A stretch of 64,000 nt of DNA, from positions 1,888,001-1,952,000 of the forward strand of contig OZ244650.1 in NCBI GenBank assembly GCA_965218785.1, written 5' to 3'. The notes under the pieces are model-generated. The model did not search any database and was not told where the DNA came from. It saw nothing but the letters and a program-made list of their open reading frames with translations. Positions within the stretch are counted from its first letter, which is position 1, and each line of letters starts with the position of its first letter. Below, piece after piece: positions 40,204-49,013 of the stretch. Both the position numbers and the translations under genes were made by a program. The DNA is from Nitrosopumilus sp. (GTDB lineage Archaea > Thermoproteota > Nitrososphaeria > Nitrososphaerales > Nitrosopumilaceae).

Positions 40204-40357
40204 AGTTGGCTGGAAACTAGTTAATTTCTCTTCAATAATGTATTTGTCGATTTACAAGTGTAAAAATCTAGAATTAGTAGTAAACTTAGTCTTTGCCCAC
40301 TTGCTACAGATTTTTGGAGAAATTCTATTTCATTTCTATATTCTCTCATAACCCAAC

Positions 40358-41579
40358 GGCGTTGTCCATAAATTCATAAAAATCACCAATTACGAGGCAT
40401 CATAACCTACCCATATCCTTGGATTTCATGCCGATTCATCATATTCCAAATGACAATGCAGTATTTACAGATATAATTCATGCTTTGATAATGCCACAGG
40501 CTAGCGATGTAAATGCATTTTCACATTTATAAAATCACACGATCAGATTATAGCTGATACATCGCAGACCAAGTTCTACAGTTATGCCCTTATTTGATAT
40601 TGTCTTTACCGCGCTGCCGAGTCTCTTCTTCATTGATGAGAATGCCATCTCCACAAGACTGCATTTGGGATATACCTTGTCAAATGATTCCCTGTCTTTT
40701 TCATACCAATCCAGCATGTTTATCCGTGCACTATATCCTTTTTTGACGTATCCTTGTTTGGGATATATCACAGGCATTCTTCCGGAACCTACAATCTTTG
40801 TACAGTTGTCATTGCAAGTATGCCGCATCAAGTAAAACGTAACCATCCCCATCGAGTATGTCTAACAACATCTTTCGAAATACCGGAGAGTCGTGTGCGA
40901 TTCTCTCTGTCACATAAAACGCAGAGATCATTCCCTTTGGTTTGCAGAGTATGTGCAGTTTTACAAATTCGTGCCTAGATATGAGGCCTTTTTTTGCATC
41001 TTCCCATTCCTGATATCTGTTCTTTGAGAGTCCACTTGAATCCTCGCAGTGTTCCTACCACATGTCTTATGGCATGTATGCCCGCATTTTCCGTATGATG
41101 ATACGATCCAGACGATGTCGAATCGTTTAGGGTGGATTTTGAAGGTATCTTTTTTAACTTGAAGAGTAGTATCTGTGTGGAGTTCAAGAATGATACAGTA
41201 TCACGATAAGATAAATTGTATCTTTCTCGAAGTATAAGACACATTACCATGGATGCCGGATCAAGATCTTGACGTCCACGGTTCTTTGCCTTGAAAAAGG
41301 GCTGGAGTATGTAAAATAGTTTTCGCATTCGTCGGAGCATCTTCTTGCTCTCCTGTTTGTGCTTTATTTCATAGGATTTGCCATATCCTGGTTTTCATGT
41401 CCATTTTTTCTGACTGGTAGTGATTCCTGTATGATCTGTTTTTGTATCGTTTGTTTCTGCATTGAACTTTTACTTGTCATTATATTGGGTAGAACATACT
41501 GATTTTTAGCTTTTCGGTCGGATGTTCTTTTGATCTTTAAGCTTTTCGGCATATTTTGATTGAATTTGCGGACAACGCC
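40358..41579 (-). mobile_element. IS5-family (IS903-like) insertion sequence, 1222 bp, transposase decayed
   Basis: TIRs GGCGTTGTCCATAAATTCA (40358-40376) and reverse-complement GGCGTTGTCCGCAAATTCA (41561-41579); 9-bp TSD TAACCCAAC at 40349-40357 and 41580-41588. Confidence 0.9.
40535..41462 (-). pseudogene. Frameshifted DDE transposase
   Basis: Fragments RGR....SMVMCLILRERYNLSYRD...KKIPSKSTL and YPKCSLVEMAFSSMKKRLG...ELGLRCISYNL in different frames. Confidence 0.82.
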
Positions 41580-41595
41580 TAACCCAACAAAACCC

Positions 41596-41601
41596 TTTAT
41601 A
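41596..41601 (+). promoter_or_regulatory. Candidate TATA box for the three-gene operon
   Basis: TTTATA between the IS right end and the TTG at 41647. Confidence 0.35.
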
Positions 41602-41646
41602 GAAAAGTATATCACTTTGACTTCTCGTAATAAATTAAGATACAAA

Positions 41647-43014
41647 TTGACGGATAAGATTTCTTGGACCAATCCTTCTGTAAAACTATTAGCTAAAGAT
41701 CAAGATCCTGTAGATGTTGTTGTAGGTAAAACTAGAGAACTTATCTTTGATGCCATAGATGGAGGATGGAAAGGTCCGCCATACGATCCAGTGAGTCTTG
41801 CAAAAAATTTAGGTTTTGATGTAATTCCTAATGAAGACGTGTTGGATGCACGGGTAATTTCAAAAGGAACCAATGTACAAATCGAGTATAATCCTAATAA
41901 ATCTAAAACAAGAATTAGATTTTCTCTTGCACATGAGATAGCTCATACTCTATTTCCAGATTATAAAGAATCTATTAGAAACAGATCAAAACAACACAGT
42001 AGACCTGATGGCTGGCAATTAGAATTATTATGTAATATTGCTGCCTCTGAAATACTAATTCCTGTTGTACCTCCATCTAATTTAGGTCATTTAGTAATCA
42101 CTATGAATAATTTGATTGAGATAAAAAAAAGATATGATGTTTCAATGGAATCAGTACTTTTACGAATGATCAAATTAACAACACAGCCTATTACATTTTT
42201 CTCAGCTGCAAGAAAAATAGATGATAAAAATTCATCTTTCCGTATTGACTATGTAATTAATTCCAAAACTTCCTTGTTGAATATTAAATCTGGAATGGAA
42301 ATTCCATCAGATAGTGTTCTATCTGAATGTTCTGCTATTGGTTTTACTGCCCAACGGAAAGAAAAATGGTTTAAAGAATTGCCTTCCTTAGATATTGAAT
42401 GTGTAGGTGTTTCACCATATCCAACTAATGTTTGTCCCCGTGTTATTGGAATTATTAAAACAAAATCAAAAAAAAATACTGAACCATTACGTATTCAATA
42501 TCTTGTAGGTGATGCAACAGAACCACATGGAAATGGGGGGAAAATGATTGTACATATTGTAAATGATCAAAGCAAAAGATGGGGGAGAGGTTTTGGATTA
42601 AACATTTCTAAAAAATGGCCCAAACTTGGAACCAATTTTGTTAAATGGGCTAATCTGGATTCATTGACTCTTGGAACATGTCATATTTTTAATGCTTCTA
42701 ATAATTTAGTAATAATTAGTATGATCACTCAACATGGTTATGGGAAATCTAAAAAACCTAGAATTCGTTATAGTTCTCTTGCAACTTGTTTGGAAATTGT
42801 TGCTATTGAAGCTAAGAAAGAATCAGCTAACGTTCACATGCCTAGAATTGGTACAGGATATGCAGGCGGTGATTGGAAAATTATTAGTGAAATGGTTGAT
42901 GATTTATTAATTAAACGAGGTATTGAGGTTACAGTATATGATCTGCCTGAAACACAACGACCCAGAGAAAATTATAACTTGTTAGATTTTTCATCTCCCG
43001 AATTACTTTGTTGA
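41647..43014 (+). CDS. ImmA/IrrE-family Zn metallopeptidase fused to a C-terminal macrodomain (DarG-like)
   Basis: RFSLAHEIAH (HExxH), ELLCNIAASEILIP; C-terminal YLVGDAT, IVHIVND...WGRGF, HMPRIGTGYAGGDW..I. Confidence 0.88.
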   Translation: MTDKISWTNPSVKLLAKDQDPVDVVVGKTRELIFDAIDGGWKGPPYDPVSLAKNLGFDVIPNEDVLDARVISKGTNVQIEYNPNKSKTRIRFSLAHEIAHTLFPDYKESIRNRSKQHSRPDGWQLELLCNIAASEILIPVVPPSNLGHLVITMNNLIEIKKRYDVSMESVLLRMIKLTTQPITFFSAARKIDDKNSSFRIDYVINSKTSLLNIKSGMEIPSDSVLSECSAIGFTAQRKEKWFKELPSLDIECVGVSPYPTNVCPRVIGIIKTKSKKNTEPLRIQYLVGDATEPHGNGGKMIVHIVNDQSKRWGRGFGLNISKKWPKLGTNFVKWANLDSLTLGTCHIFNASNNLVIISMITQHGYGKSKKPRIRYSSLATCLEIVAIEAKKESANVHMPRIGTGYAGGDWKIISEMVDDLLIKRGIEVTVYDLPETQRPRENYNLLDFSSPELLC

Positions 43015-43018
43015 GGTG
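43012..43018 (+). promoter_or_regulatory. Shine-Dalgarno-like TGAGGTG before the kinase-synthetase gene
   Basis: Overlaps the previous stop codon, 8 nt upstream of TTG 43027. Confidence 0.55.
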
Positions 43019-43026
43019 GTTCTTAA

Positions 43027-44625
43027 TTGCCCGATAAATTCATACTAATATCAGGACCAATATCTTCTGGAAAATCTAAACTCTCCAATCAACTTTCAGA
43101 TAAATTAGATGCTCGTTTGATAAAAACACGAGATATTTTGATACGTACAAAAAAAATCAACTCAAATGATCGAATATCTTTGCAAAAAGAAGGAGATAAA
43201 CTAGATAAAAAAACTGATGGAAAATGGGTTTTAGAAGATTTAGATTGTGTAGTTAGAAACAATACTAAAGAAAATACTATTTTTGTTGTTGATTCTGTAC
43301 GTATTTCTCAACAAATTGAAAGAATTAGAGATGCATTTAAACCCGTCATTCATTTACATCTCACAGCTCCAAATGATGTATTAAAAAAAAGATATCAGCA
43401 ACGTTACAAAAAACAAGAAAATGTTCCATCATATAAACAAGTCAAATGTAACAAAACTGAAAAAAATATTGAAACTTTAGCACCTATAGCTGATGTCGTT
43501 ATTGATACCAATCGTTGCAATGAAAATGATGTTTTTGTACGTGCTGCAAGTAGGATGTCCTTATTTGGTGAAAATGGAAATGGAATAGTTGATGTTGTAG
43601 TTGGAGGAGAATATGGAAGTGAAGGCAAAGGTCAGATTGTAGCCTATTTGTCTAAAGAATATGATCTTCTAGTTAGAGTTGGAGGTCCAAATGCAGGACA
43701 TAGGGTTTTTGCAAAACCTGAATCTTACACACATCATCATCTTCCATCAGGTACAAAAAAAAGTACTGCTAAACTTTTGTTAGGACCCGGTATGGTTATC
43801 AATCCTAAAAATTTACTTACTGAAATTATGGAATGTGATGTAGAATCTGACAGATTAAGTATTGATCCCCAAGCTATGATTATTGATGAAGAGGATATTA
43901 AATCTGAAATTGAATTGGTAAAAACTATAGGTTCTACGGGTCAAGGTGTAGGCGCTGCAACTGCTAGAAAAATTCTCAAACGAAATAAAAATACACTTCT
44001 CGCTAAAGATGTTCGTGACTTAAAACAATACATTAAACCTGCCATTAAAGTACTTGAAAAAACATTTGCAAATAATGGACGAGTTTTATTAGAAGGGACT
44101 CAGGGAACGGGTCTAAGTATTCATCATGGTTCATACCCATATGTAACATCTAGGGAAACTACTGTTTCAGGATGTTTGGCAGATGCTGGAATTCCACCAT
44201 CTCGTGTAAGAAAAGTGATAATGGTATGTAGGACATATCCCATACGAGTTAAAAACCCAGAAGGTAAATCGTCGGGACCTATGAGTCAGGAAATCAGCTT
44301 AAACGAAATAAGTAAACGTTCTAAAATTCCATTAACTGAACTAAAAAAAACAGAAAGAACTTCTACTACTAACAAAAAACGAAGGATTGGTGAATTTGAT
44401 TGGGATCTGATAAAAACAGCTACATTCTTGAACAGTCCTACGGATATTGCATTAACCTTTGCTGATTACTTGTCAATTAAAAATCGAAGTGCAAAAAGAT
44501 TTGAACAATTAACAACAGATACAATAAATTTAATTGAGGAAATAGAACGTGTTACAAAGGCCAAAATATCTTTAATTGGCACTGGTTTTAATTCTAGAAG
44601 TATTATTGATAGACGGGATTGGTGA
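43027..44625 (+). CDS. P-loop nucleotide kinase fused to an adenylosuccinate synthetase homologue of PurZ/PurZ0 type
   Basis: N-terminal ISGPISSGKS, VVDSVR; C-terminal GGEYGSEGKG, GPNAGH, HLPSG, IGSTGQGVG, EGTQG, YPYVTSR, RTYPIRV, TSTTNKKRR, LTFADY. Confidence 0.85.
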   Translation: MPDKFILISGPISSGKSKLSNQLSDKLDARLIKTRDILIRTKKINSNDRISLQKEGDKLDKKTDGKWVLEDLDCVVRNNTKENTIFVVDSVRISQQIERIRDAFKPVIHLHLTAPNDVLKKRYQQRYKKQENVPSYKQVKCNKTEKNIETLAPIADVVIDTNRCNENDVFVRAASRMSLFGENGNGIVDVVVGGEYGSEGKGQIVAYLSKEYDLLVRVGGPNAGHRVFAKPESYTHHHLPSGTKKSTAKLLLGPGMVINPKNLLTEIMECDVESDRLSIDPQAMIIDEEDIKSEIELVKTIGSTGQGVGAATARKILKRNKNTLLAKDVRDLKQYIKPAIKVLEKTFANNGRVLLEGTQGTGLSIHHGSYPYVTSRETTVSGCLADAGIPPSRVRKVIMVCRTYPIRVKNPEGKSSGPMSQEISLNEISKRSKIPLTELKKTERTSTTNKKRRIGEFDWDLIKTATFLNSPTDIALTFADYLSIKNRSAKRFEQLTTDTINLIEEIERVTKAKISLIGTGFNSRSIIDRRDW

Positions 44626-45287
44626 TTGAATTAGATTTAATCGCACTAGTAACACAATATCCTTTCTTATATCATATGGCTGAATCTGGTAGTTGGTCAA
44701 ACATAAAAAAAAATGGACTTTTGAGTACATCTGCTCTTTTGGATTTATTTGAGATTAAAGGAGAAGAAAGAAAAATAATAGAATCCAATTGGAGACCCAA
44801 AAATGTGACTATTAACCATAAAAAATATGGTAAAGCTGTTATTAGAGATCAAAAACCATTACCTGAAAATAAACTTGAACCACTTTTAGACAATATATCT
44901 ACAAAATCATTTTATAAATTATTGAATGGAAAAACATTTTTTTGGTTAAGCAAAGAGAGATTACAACGATTGCTAAATGCAAGAGCATATAGAGAAAGTT
45001 CTCATGATGTATTGACAATAGATGCAAAAAAACTAATCGATAAATACGAAGATCAGATTGCTCTTTCTCGGATTAATTCTGGTGCAGCTATTTTTGGCGT
45101 GGGTCGTCGCGGTCGATATACATTTCAAAAAATTAAGGATTATTCCTATGACGATATTAAGAAAAAACAAAAAGAAGCAATTGCTGAATTGGCGGTTGAT
45201 TATGCAGTGCCAGATATTGTTAATCATACACTTCGTGTAGAAACATGGAAAGGTAGTTTTCCTACGAGAGTCATATGGAAAAAATAG
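44622..45287 (+). CDS. DarT-like ADP-ribosyltransferase-fold protein (DUF7002-like)
   Basis: LYHMA....W.NIKKNGLLS, TFFW, LSRINSG, IAELAV...VPDI parallel the DarT motifs YH.T...NL.SI...GLLS, PFYF, N, AE.LV...VP; GTGA overlap with the upstream stop. Confidence 0.7.
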   Translation: MIELDLIALVTQYPFLYHMAESGSWSNIKKNGLLSTSALLDLFEIKGEERKIIESNWRPKNVTINHKKYGKAVIRDQKPLPENKLEPLLDNISTKSFYKLLNGKTFFWLSKERLQRLLNARAYRESSHDVLTIDAKKLIDKYEDQIALSRINSGAAIFGVGRRGRYTFQKIKDYSYDDIKKKQKEAIAELAVDYAVPDIVNHTLRVETWKGSFPTRVIWKK

Positions 45288-45683
45288 TATTTGATATTTG
45301 ATTGTGTATAATTTCTACGTTTCTTCTAAATACAATAAGCTATAATCTACACATAAAAAAGCCCAAAAAAATCAATATTCAGAGTCAACTCCAACAAATT
45401 CTTTCTTTTTTCTTGTAATTACTTGACATCTCTTATGATACATATCTAATTGAGACGGGCATAATAATTTACAAAAATAACTTTCAGTTATTCTCTAGTA
45501 ATAAAGCATTCTCTTTATAATCCTCGAATTCTCCAATTACCAAATTATAATAAACTATACTGGTAAGAATTTTTATTTAACAGAATTTCAGAGCAAGCAG
45601 TCATAAATTAAGAGTTGATTCTTTAGACATGTTATAATTCAAGAATATAAGCACAAAAGAATCACGATGTCAAGCTAGCAGAG

Positions 45684-46829
45684 TTACAACGCTTTTAGTT
45701 TTTCTTCGGCCGTCTTGAGGCCTGCCTGTGTATCTATCTTATATCCCATCATTGCCAGCGTAGACGAGATTGCAGAGATGGTCCTCATTACGTGGTACGG
45801 ACTGACCTCACCCATGCATCCAACCCGAAACACCTTGCCTTTCAGATCACCGAATCCGCCTGCAACTAGAACCTTGAATTTATCAGCCAGCGTGCTTCTA
45901 AAGATTTTATCCTCTAGTCCGTCCAGATAGTTCAGTGCAACAATTGAGATGGAACGATCTTCTGGTTTTGCAAACGGAGTAAGACCAATCGCACTCAATC
46001 CCGCGTATAACGCATCAGAGCAGACCTTGTGGCGGTTAAAGACATTTTGCAGTCCCTCTTCGAGCATAATTGAGAGTGCCTCCCTGTATGCATACAGCAA
46101 GGGCAAAGCGGGTGTAAACGGAGTGTGTTTTTCCTCGTCATAATACTTGAAGTATCTTGCCAGATTGAAATACATGGTGGGTGGTGGATTTTCAATCATG
46201 TATTTTTTAGCTTTGGCACTGACAGATATCGGTGAGATGCCAGGAGGGGCAGCAATTGCCTTTTGTGCGCCGGTCATACATACATCTACATTCCATTTAT
46301 CCACCGGGAGATGGGCACCGCCCAGCAGTGATACGGAATCTACAACATAGAATGCATCGTTTCTTGATGTCAGATCAGATATCCTGTCAAGATAGTTCAC
46401 CATTGTTCCAGTCGAGGTTTCATTGTGAACGACATAAAATGCCTTGACATCCTTGTTATTATCAAAGGCCTCTTTTACCTGATCAAATGTCGCATTCTCC
46501 CCTGGTGGGGTCTCCAGCCGGATGATGTTGGCGCCCTGACCCTCAATAAGTTGTGATAACCTGTTACTAAATTCCCCATTTACGGGAATGATAATTTTAT
46601 CGCCTTTTTTAACCAGATTAATAACGCCTGCTTCGACTGCACCTGTTCCTGATGCGGATAATGCCACAATGTCATTCTGTGTTTCAAACACCTGCTGGGT
46701 TTTTGCAACCACATCAGTATACAATTCTACAAAATCATCGCTTCTATGATTGATAATGGGTGCAAGCATTGCCCTCATAACTCTGTTAGGTACATTTGTC
46801 GGACCGGGAAGCATTGAAAGATATTCCAT
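45684..46829 (-). CDS. Class V aminotransferase (alanine-glyoxylate/serine-pyruvate family)
   Basis: MLPGPT, HNETSTG, VDSVS, TGAQKA, FRVGCMG. Confidence 0.93.
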   Translation of the reverse strand: MEYLSMLPGPTNVPNRVMRAMLAPIINHRSDDFVELYTDVVAKTQQVFETQNDIVALSASGTGAVEAGVINLVKKGDKIIIPVNGEFSNRLSQLIEGQGANIIRLETPPGENATFDQVKEAFDNNKDVKAFYVVHNETSTGTMVNYLDRISDLTSRNDAFYVVDSVSLLGGAHLPVDKWNVDVCMTGAQKAIAAPPGISPISVSAKAKKYMIENPPPTMYFNLARYFKYYDEEKHTPFTPALPLLYAYREALSIMLEEGLQNVFNRHKVCSDALYAGLSAIGLTPFAKPEDRSISIVALNYLDGLEDKIFRSTLADKFKVLVAGGFGDLKGKVFRVGCMGEVSPYHVMRTISAISSTLAMMGYKIDTQAGLKTAEEKLKAL

Positions 46830-46869
46830 GTACTGTCTAGTGTCAGTGGGATACGGGGTTTATTTATAA

Positions 46870-47364
46870 TTAGAGATTCTTCAGACGTTCTCTGGCACCA
46901 GTCTCAATTAAAAAATTCCTTGTCCCCTCCGGTACCAGATCGTCCCATTTTTGATCGCCGGCAATCAGATCCCGGATGTGGGTTCCAGATAGTTTGTCCC
47001 TGTTTAAAAACGGGATGGGTGCCACCGGAACTCCCCTCCTTGAGTACAGATGTCCGGCAAGTTCGTCATTTGAGAAGACCATGTCAAATTTTGGGACGAT
47101 GGCATCTATCTTCTCAATCCATTTGATGTGGTTATCCAGATCCGGTATATGGTAAATCCAAACCCTCTGCCTTGAGTCATCATCTATCGAGGATAGAATC
47201 ATCTCCGTTCTCTCTTGGGCGGAAAACGGGTTGTTTTTTTCTACAGGTCTGTTGGAGCTGCCCAGACCTATCCACAGTTTTTCGACTCTGGATAACGCAA
47301 ATCGTAGTGCCTCAAGATGGCCCAGGTGAAAGGGCTGGAATCTTCCTATCAATAGGCCGTTCAT
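46870..47364 (-). CDS. nadM: Nicotinamide-nucleotide adenylyltransferase
   Basis: IGRFQPFHLGH, NPFSAQER, SGTHIR. Confidence 0.93.
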   Translation of the reverse strand: MNGLLIGRFQPFHLGHLEALRFALSRVEKLWIGLGSSNRPVEKNNPFSAQERTEMILSSIDDDSRQRVWIYHIPDLDNHIKWIEKIDAIVPKFDMVFSNDELAGHLYSRRGVPVAPIPFLNRDKLSGTHIRDLIAGDQKWDDLVPEGTRNFLIETGARERLKNL

Positions 47365-47413
47365 ACAGATATCAGGAATGTCTTTTTAAAAAAACTATCA
47401 TAAAGAGTCGTGA

Positions 47414-48478
47414 TTGGAAGAAACGGTGGATTTTCTCAAAATCAACGGGGGGCACGGCGAGGGAGGCGGACAGATAATCCGCTCTGCAGTTACGCTTTCA
47501 TGCATTACAGGCAGGCCTGTCCATCTAGAAAACATAAGAAGGAATAGAAGGATCCCCGGACTGCAGGCACAGCATCTAACGGTGATAAGAATCCTGCAAA
47601 AGATTGCAGGTGCCAGGGTAGCCGGAGCGGAGTTGGGCTCTGCTGAATTGAAATTTATTCCAGGCAACATCAAGAGTCTGGAGCTAGTCGAGGATGTCAG
47701 AACTGCCGGAAGCATCTCCCTGATTTTACAGGCCTTGATTCCGGTGGTATCTGTTTCACAAAAAAGACTGAACCTGACAATCAAAGGAGGAACAGATGTG
47801 TCGTGGAGCCCCTCCACGGATTACACCCGGCACGTGCTAAGGGAGGCGTATTCAAAAATGGGCATAGAGTTTTCCATCCAGTTACACAGGCGCGGCTACT
47901 ATCCGAAGGGCGGCGGTCAGATCAGTCTGCAGGTGCATCCATCCCGTGTAAGACCGGTATCGTTTTCAAAAAGAAGAACAAAATCCGCCAGGTTGATCTG
48001 CACGTTCTCAAAACTCCCCGCAGAGACAATCAAGAGTCAGATAGCAGATATTGAGGAGAGACTGACAAGAGAGGGCTTTGCTGTCAGAACGGAGATTCAA
48101 AATCAGGACGCAGCAGACCCGGGGGCATCCCTGCTGATTTACAGTGCTGATGAGCATTCAGTAGTGGGAAAGAACACGCTGTTTGATAAAAAAACGCAGG
48201 GGTTTGATGTGGATCTCAAAGAGTTTGCCGGGGATTGGCATGGCGTCGATAAGAACCTGGCAGACATGATCGTGGTTCCTGCGAGTCTGACCAGTGGAAA
48301 AACGGTGTTTCAGGTCGGGGAGATCACAAGGCATCTAGAGACGAACCTGTTTGTGGCATCAAAGATCACCGGCTGCAGATACGGCATTGGAAAGACTGCC
48401 AGCGGATTTGAGGTAATCATAGAGGGTGTCTCAAACCCCGGCATCAAGCAGGGATGCAAAAAACAGGATGGCAACTGA
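47414..48478 (+). CDS. rtcA: RNA 3'-terminal phosphate cyclase
   Basis: GEGGGQIIRSA, GL.AQH, GGTDV, RGYYPKGGG, HLETN. Confidence 0.93.
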   Translation: MEETVDFLKINGGHGEGGGQIIRSAVTLSCITGRPVHLENIRRNRRIPGLQAQHLTVIRILQKIAGARVAGAELGSAELKFIPGNIKSLELVEDVRTAGSISLILQALIPVVSVSQKRLNLTIKGGTDVSWSPSTDYTRHVLREAYSKMGIEFSIQLHRRGYYPKGGGQISLQVHPSRVRPVSFSKRRTKSARLICTFSKLPAETIKSQIADIEERLTREGFAVRTEIQNQDAADPGASLLIYSADEHSVVGKNTLFDKKTQGFDVDLKEFAGDWHGVDKNLADMIVVPASLTSGKTVFQVGEITRHLETNLFVASKITGCRYGIGKTASGFEVIIEGVSNPGIKQGCKKQDGN

Positions 48479-48931
48479 CAGGACCACCGTAACCTCGCCG
48501 AGGATGATTATCTTTTTTCTCAGTTTTCGAATCTCGGATTCGGGCATCTGGTTTGACATGATCTTCTCCTCAACGTCGCTGCGGATTATCCTGACATGGA
48601 CGGCATAAATAATGACTAGGATGACAACCAGGATGATTTTGACGGTTAGAAACGTTCCATAGCTTGTTGTTACAAGAAGATCAGGCCTGCCAAACAACAG
48701 CGTGTGTGAACTGTATAGTCCAGTTACCATTAGGATAATCAGTGACGGAACAGCTATTTTGTTGAATCTTCTTCCAACGCGGATCATTATCTGCATTCTT
48801 TCCTCAAGGGAATCAGTCATTGTTTTGAGAAGCGGCGAGAATACGATGCCAATGAAGAGTGCGCCGCCGACCCAGATTGCAGCAGAAACCAGGTGAATCC
48901 AGGTAAGAATTGCCTGTTCCAGCGCAGCCAT
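48431..48931 (-). CDS. CopD-family copper resistance membrane protein
   Basis: WIHLVSAAIWVGG, TGLY, YG..L.VK. Confidence 0.82.
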   Translation of the reverse strand: MAALEQAILTWIHLVSAAIWVGGALFIGIVFSPLLKTMTDSLEERMQIMIRVGRRFNKIAVPSLIILMVTGLYSSHTLLFGRPDLLVTTSYGTFLTVKIILVVILVIIYAVHVRIIRSDVEEKIMSNQMPESEIRKLRKKIIILGEVTVVLSVAILFFASLLDAGV

Positions 48932-49013
48932 GGAATACGGTATTTTGGATCAAATATTATGTATTTGGATCTTAACAACGTTTTTTAGTTGTACATGGTC
49001 TGAAAGCATTGAA

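Larger units (their letters stand above)
31560..45600. mobile_element. Accessory/defence genomic island (boundaries approximate)
   Basis: Run of non-core, mostly AT-rich genes, pseudogenes and an IS between two core genes; no integrase seen. Confidence 0.65.

Noticed and set aside
41364-41672. ORF-track 102-aa minus ORF and the 41560 start of the peptidase gene
   Set aside because: Both cross the IS terminal repeat/TSD, so they are chimeric; the TTG at 41647 is the more plausible start.
43027-44625. Calling this the housekeeping purA
   Set aside because: The catalytic Asp is replaced by Ser, it carries a kinase fusion, and its AT-rich island context with toxin-like neighbours argues against a housekeeping role.
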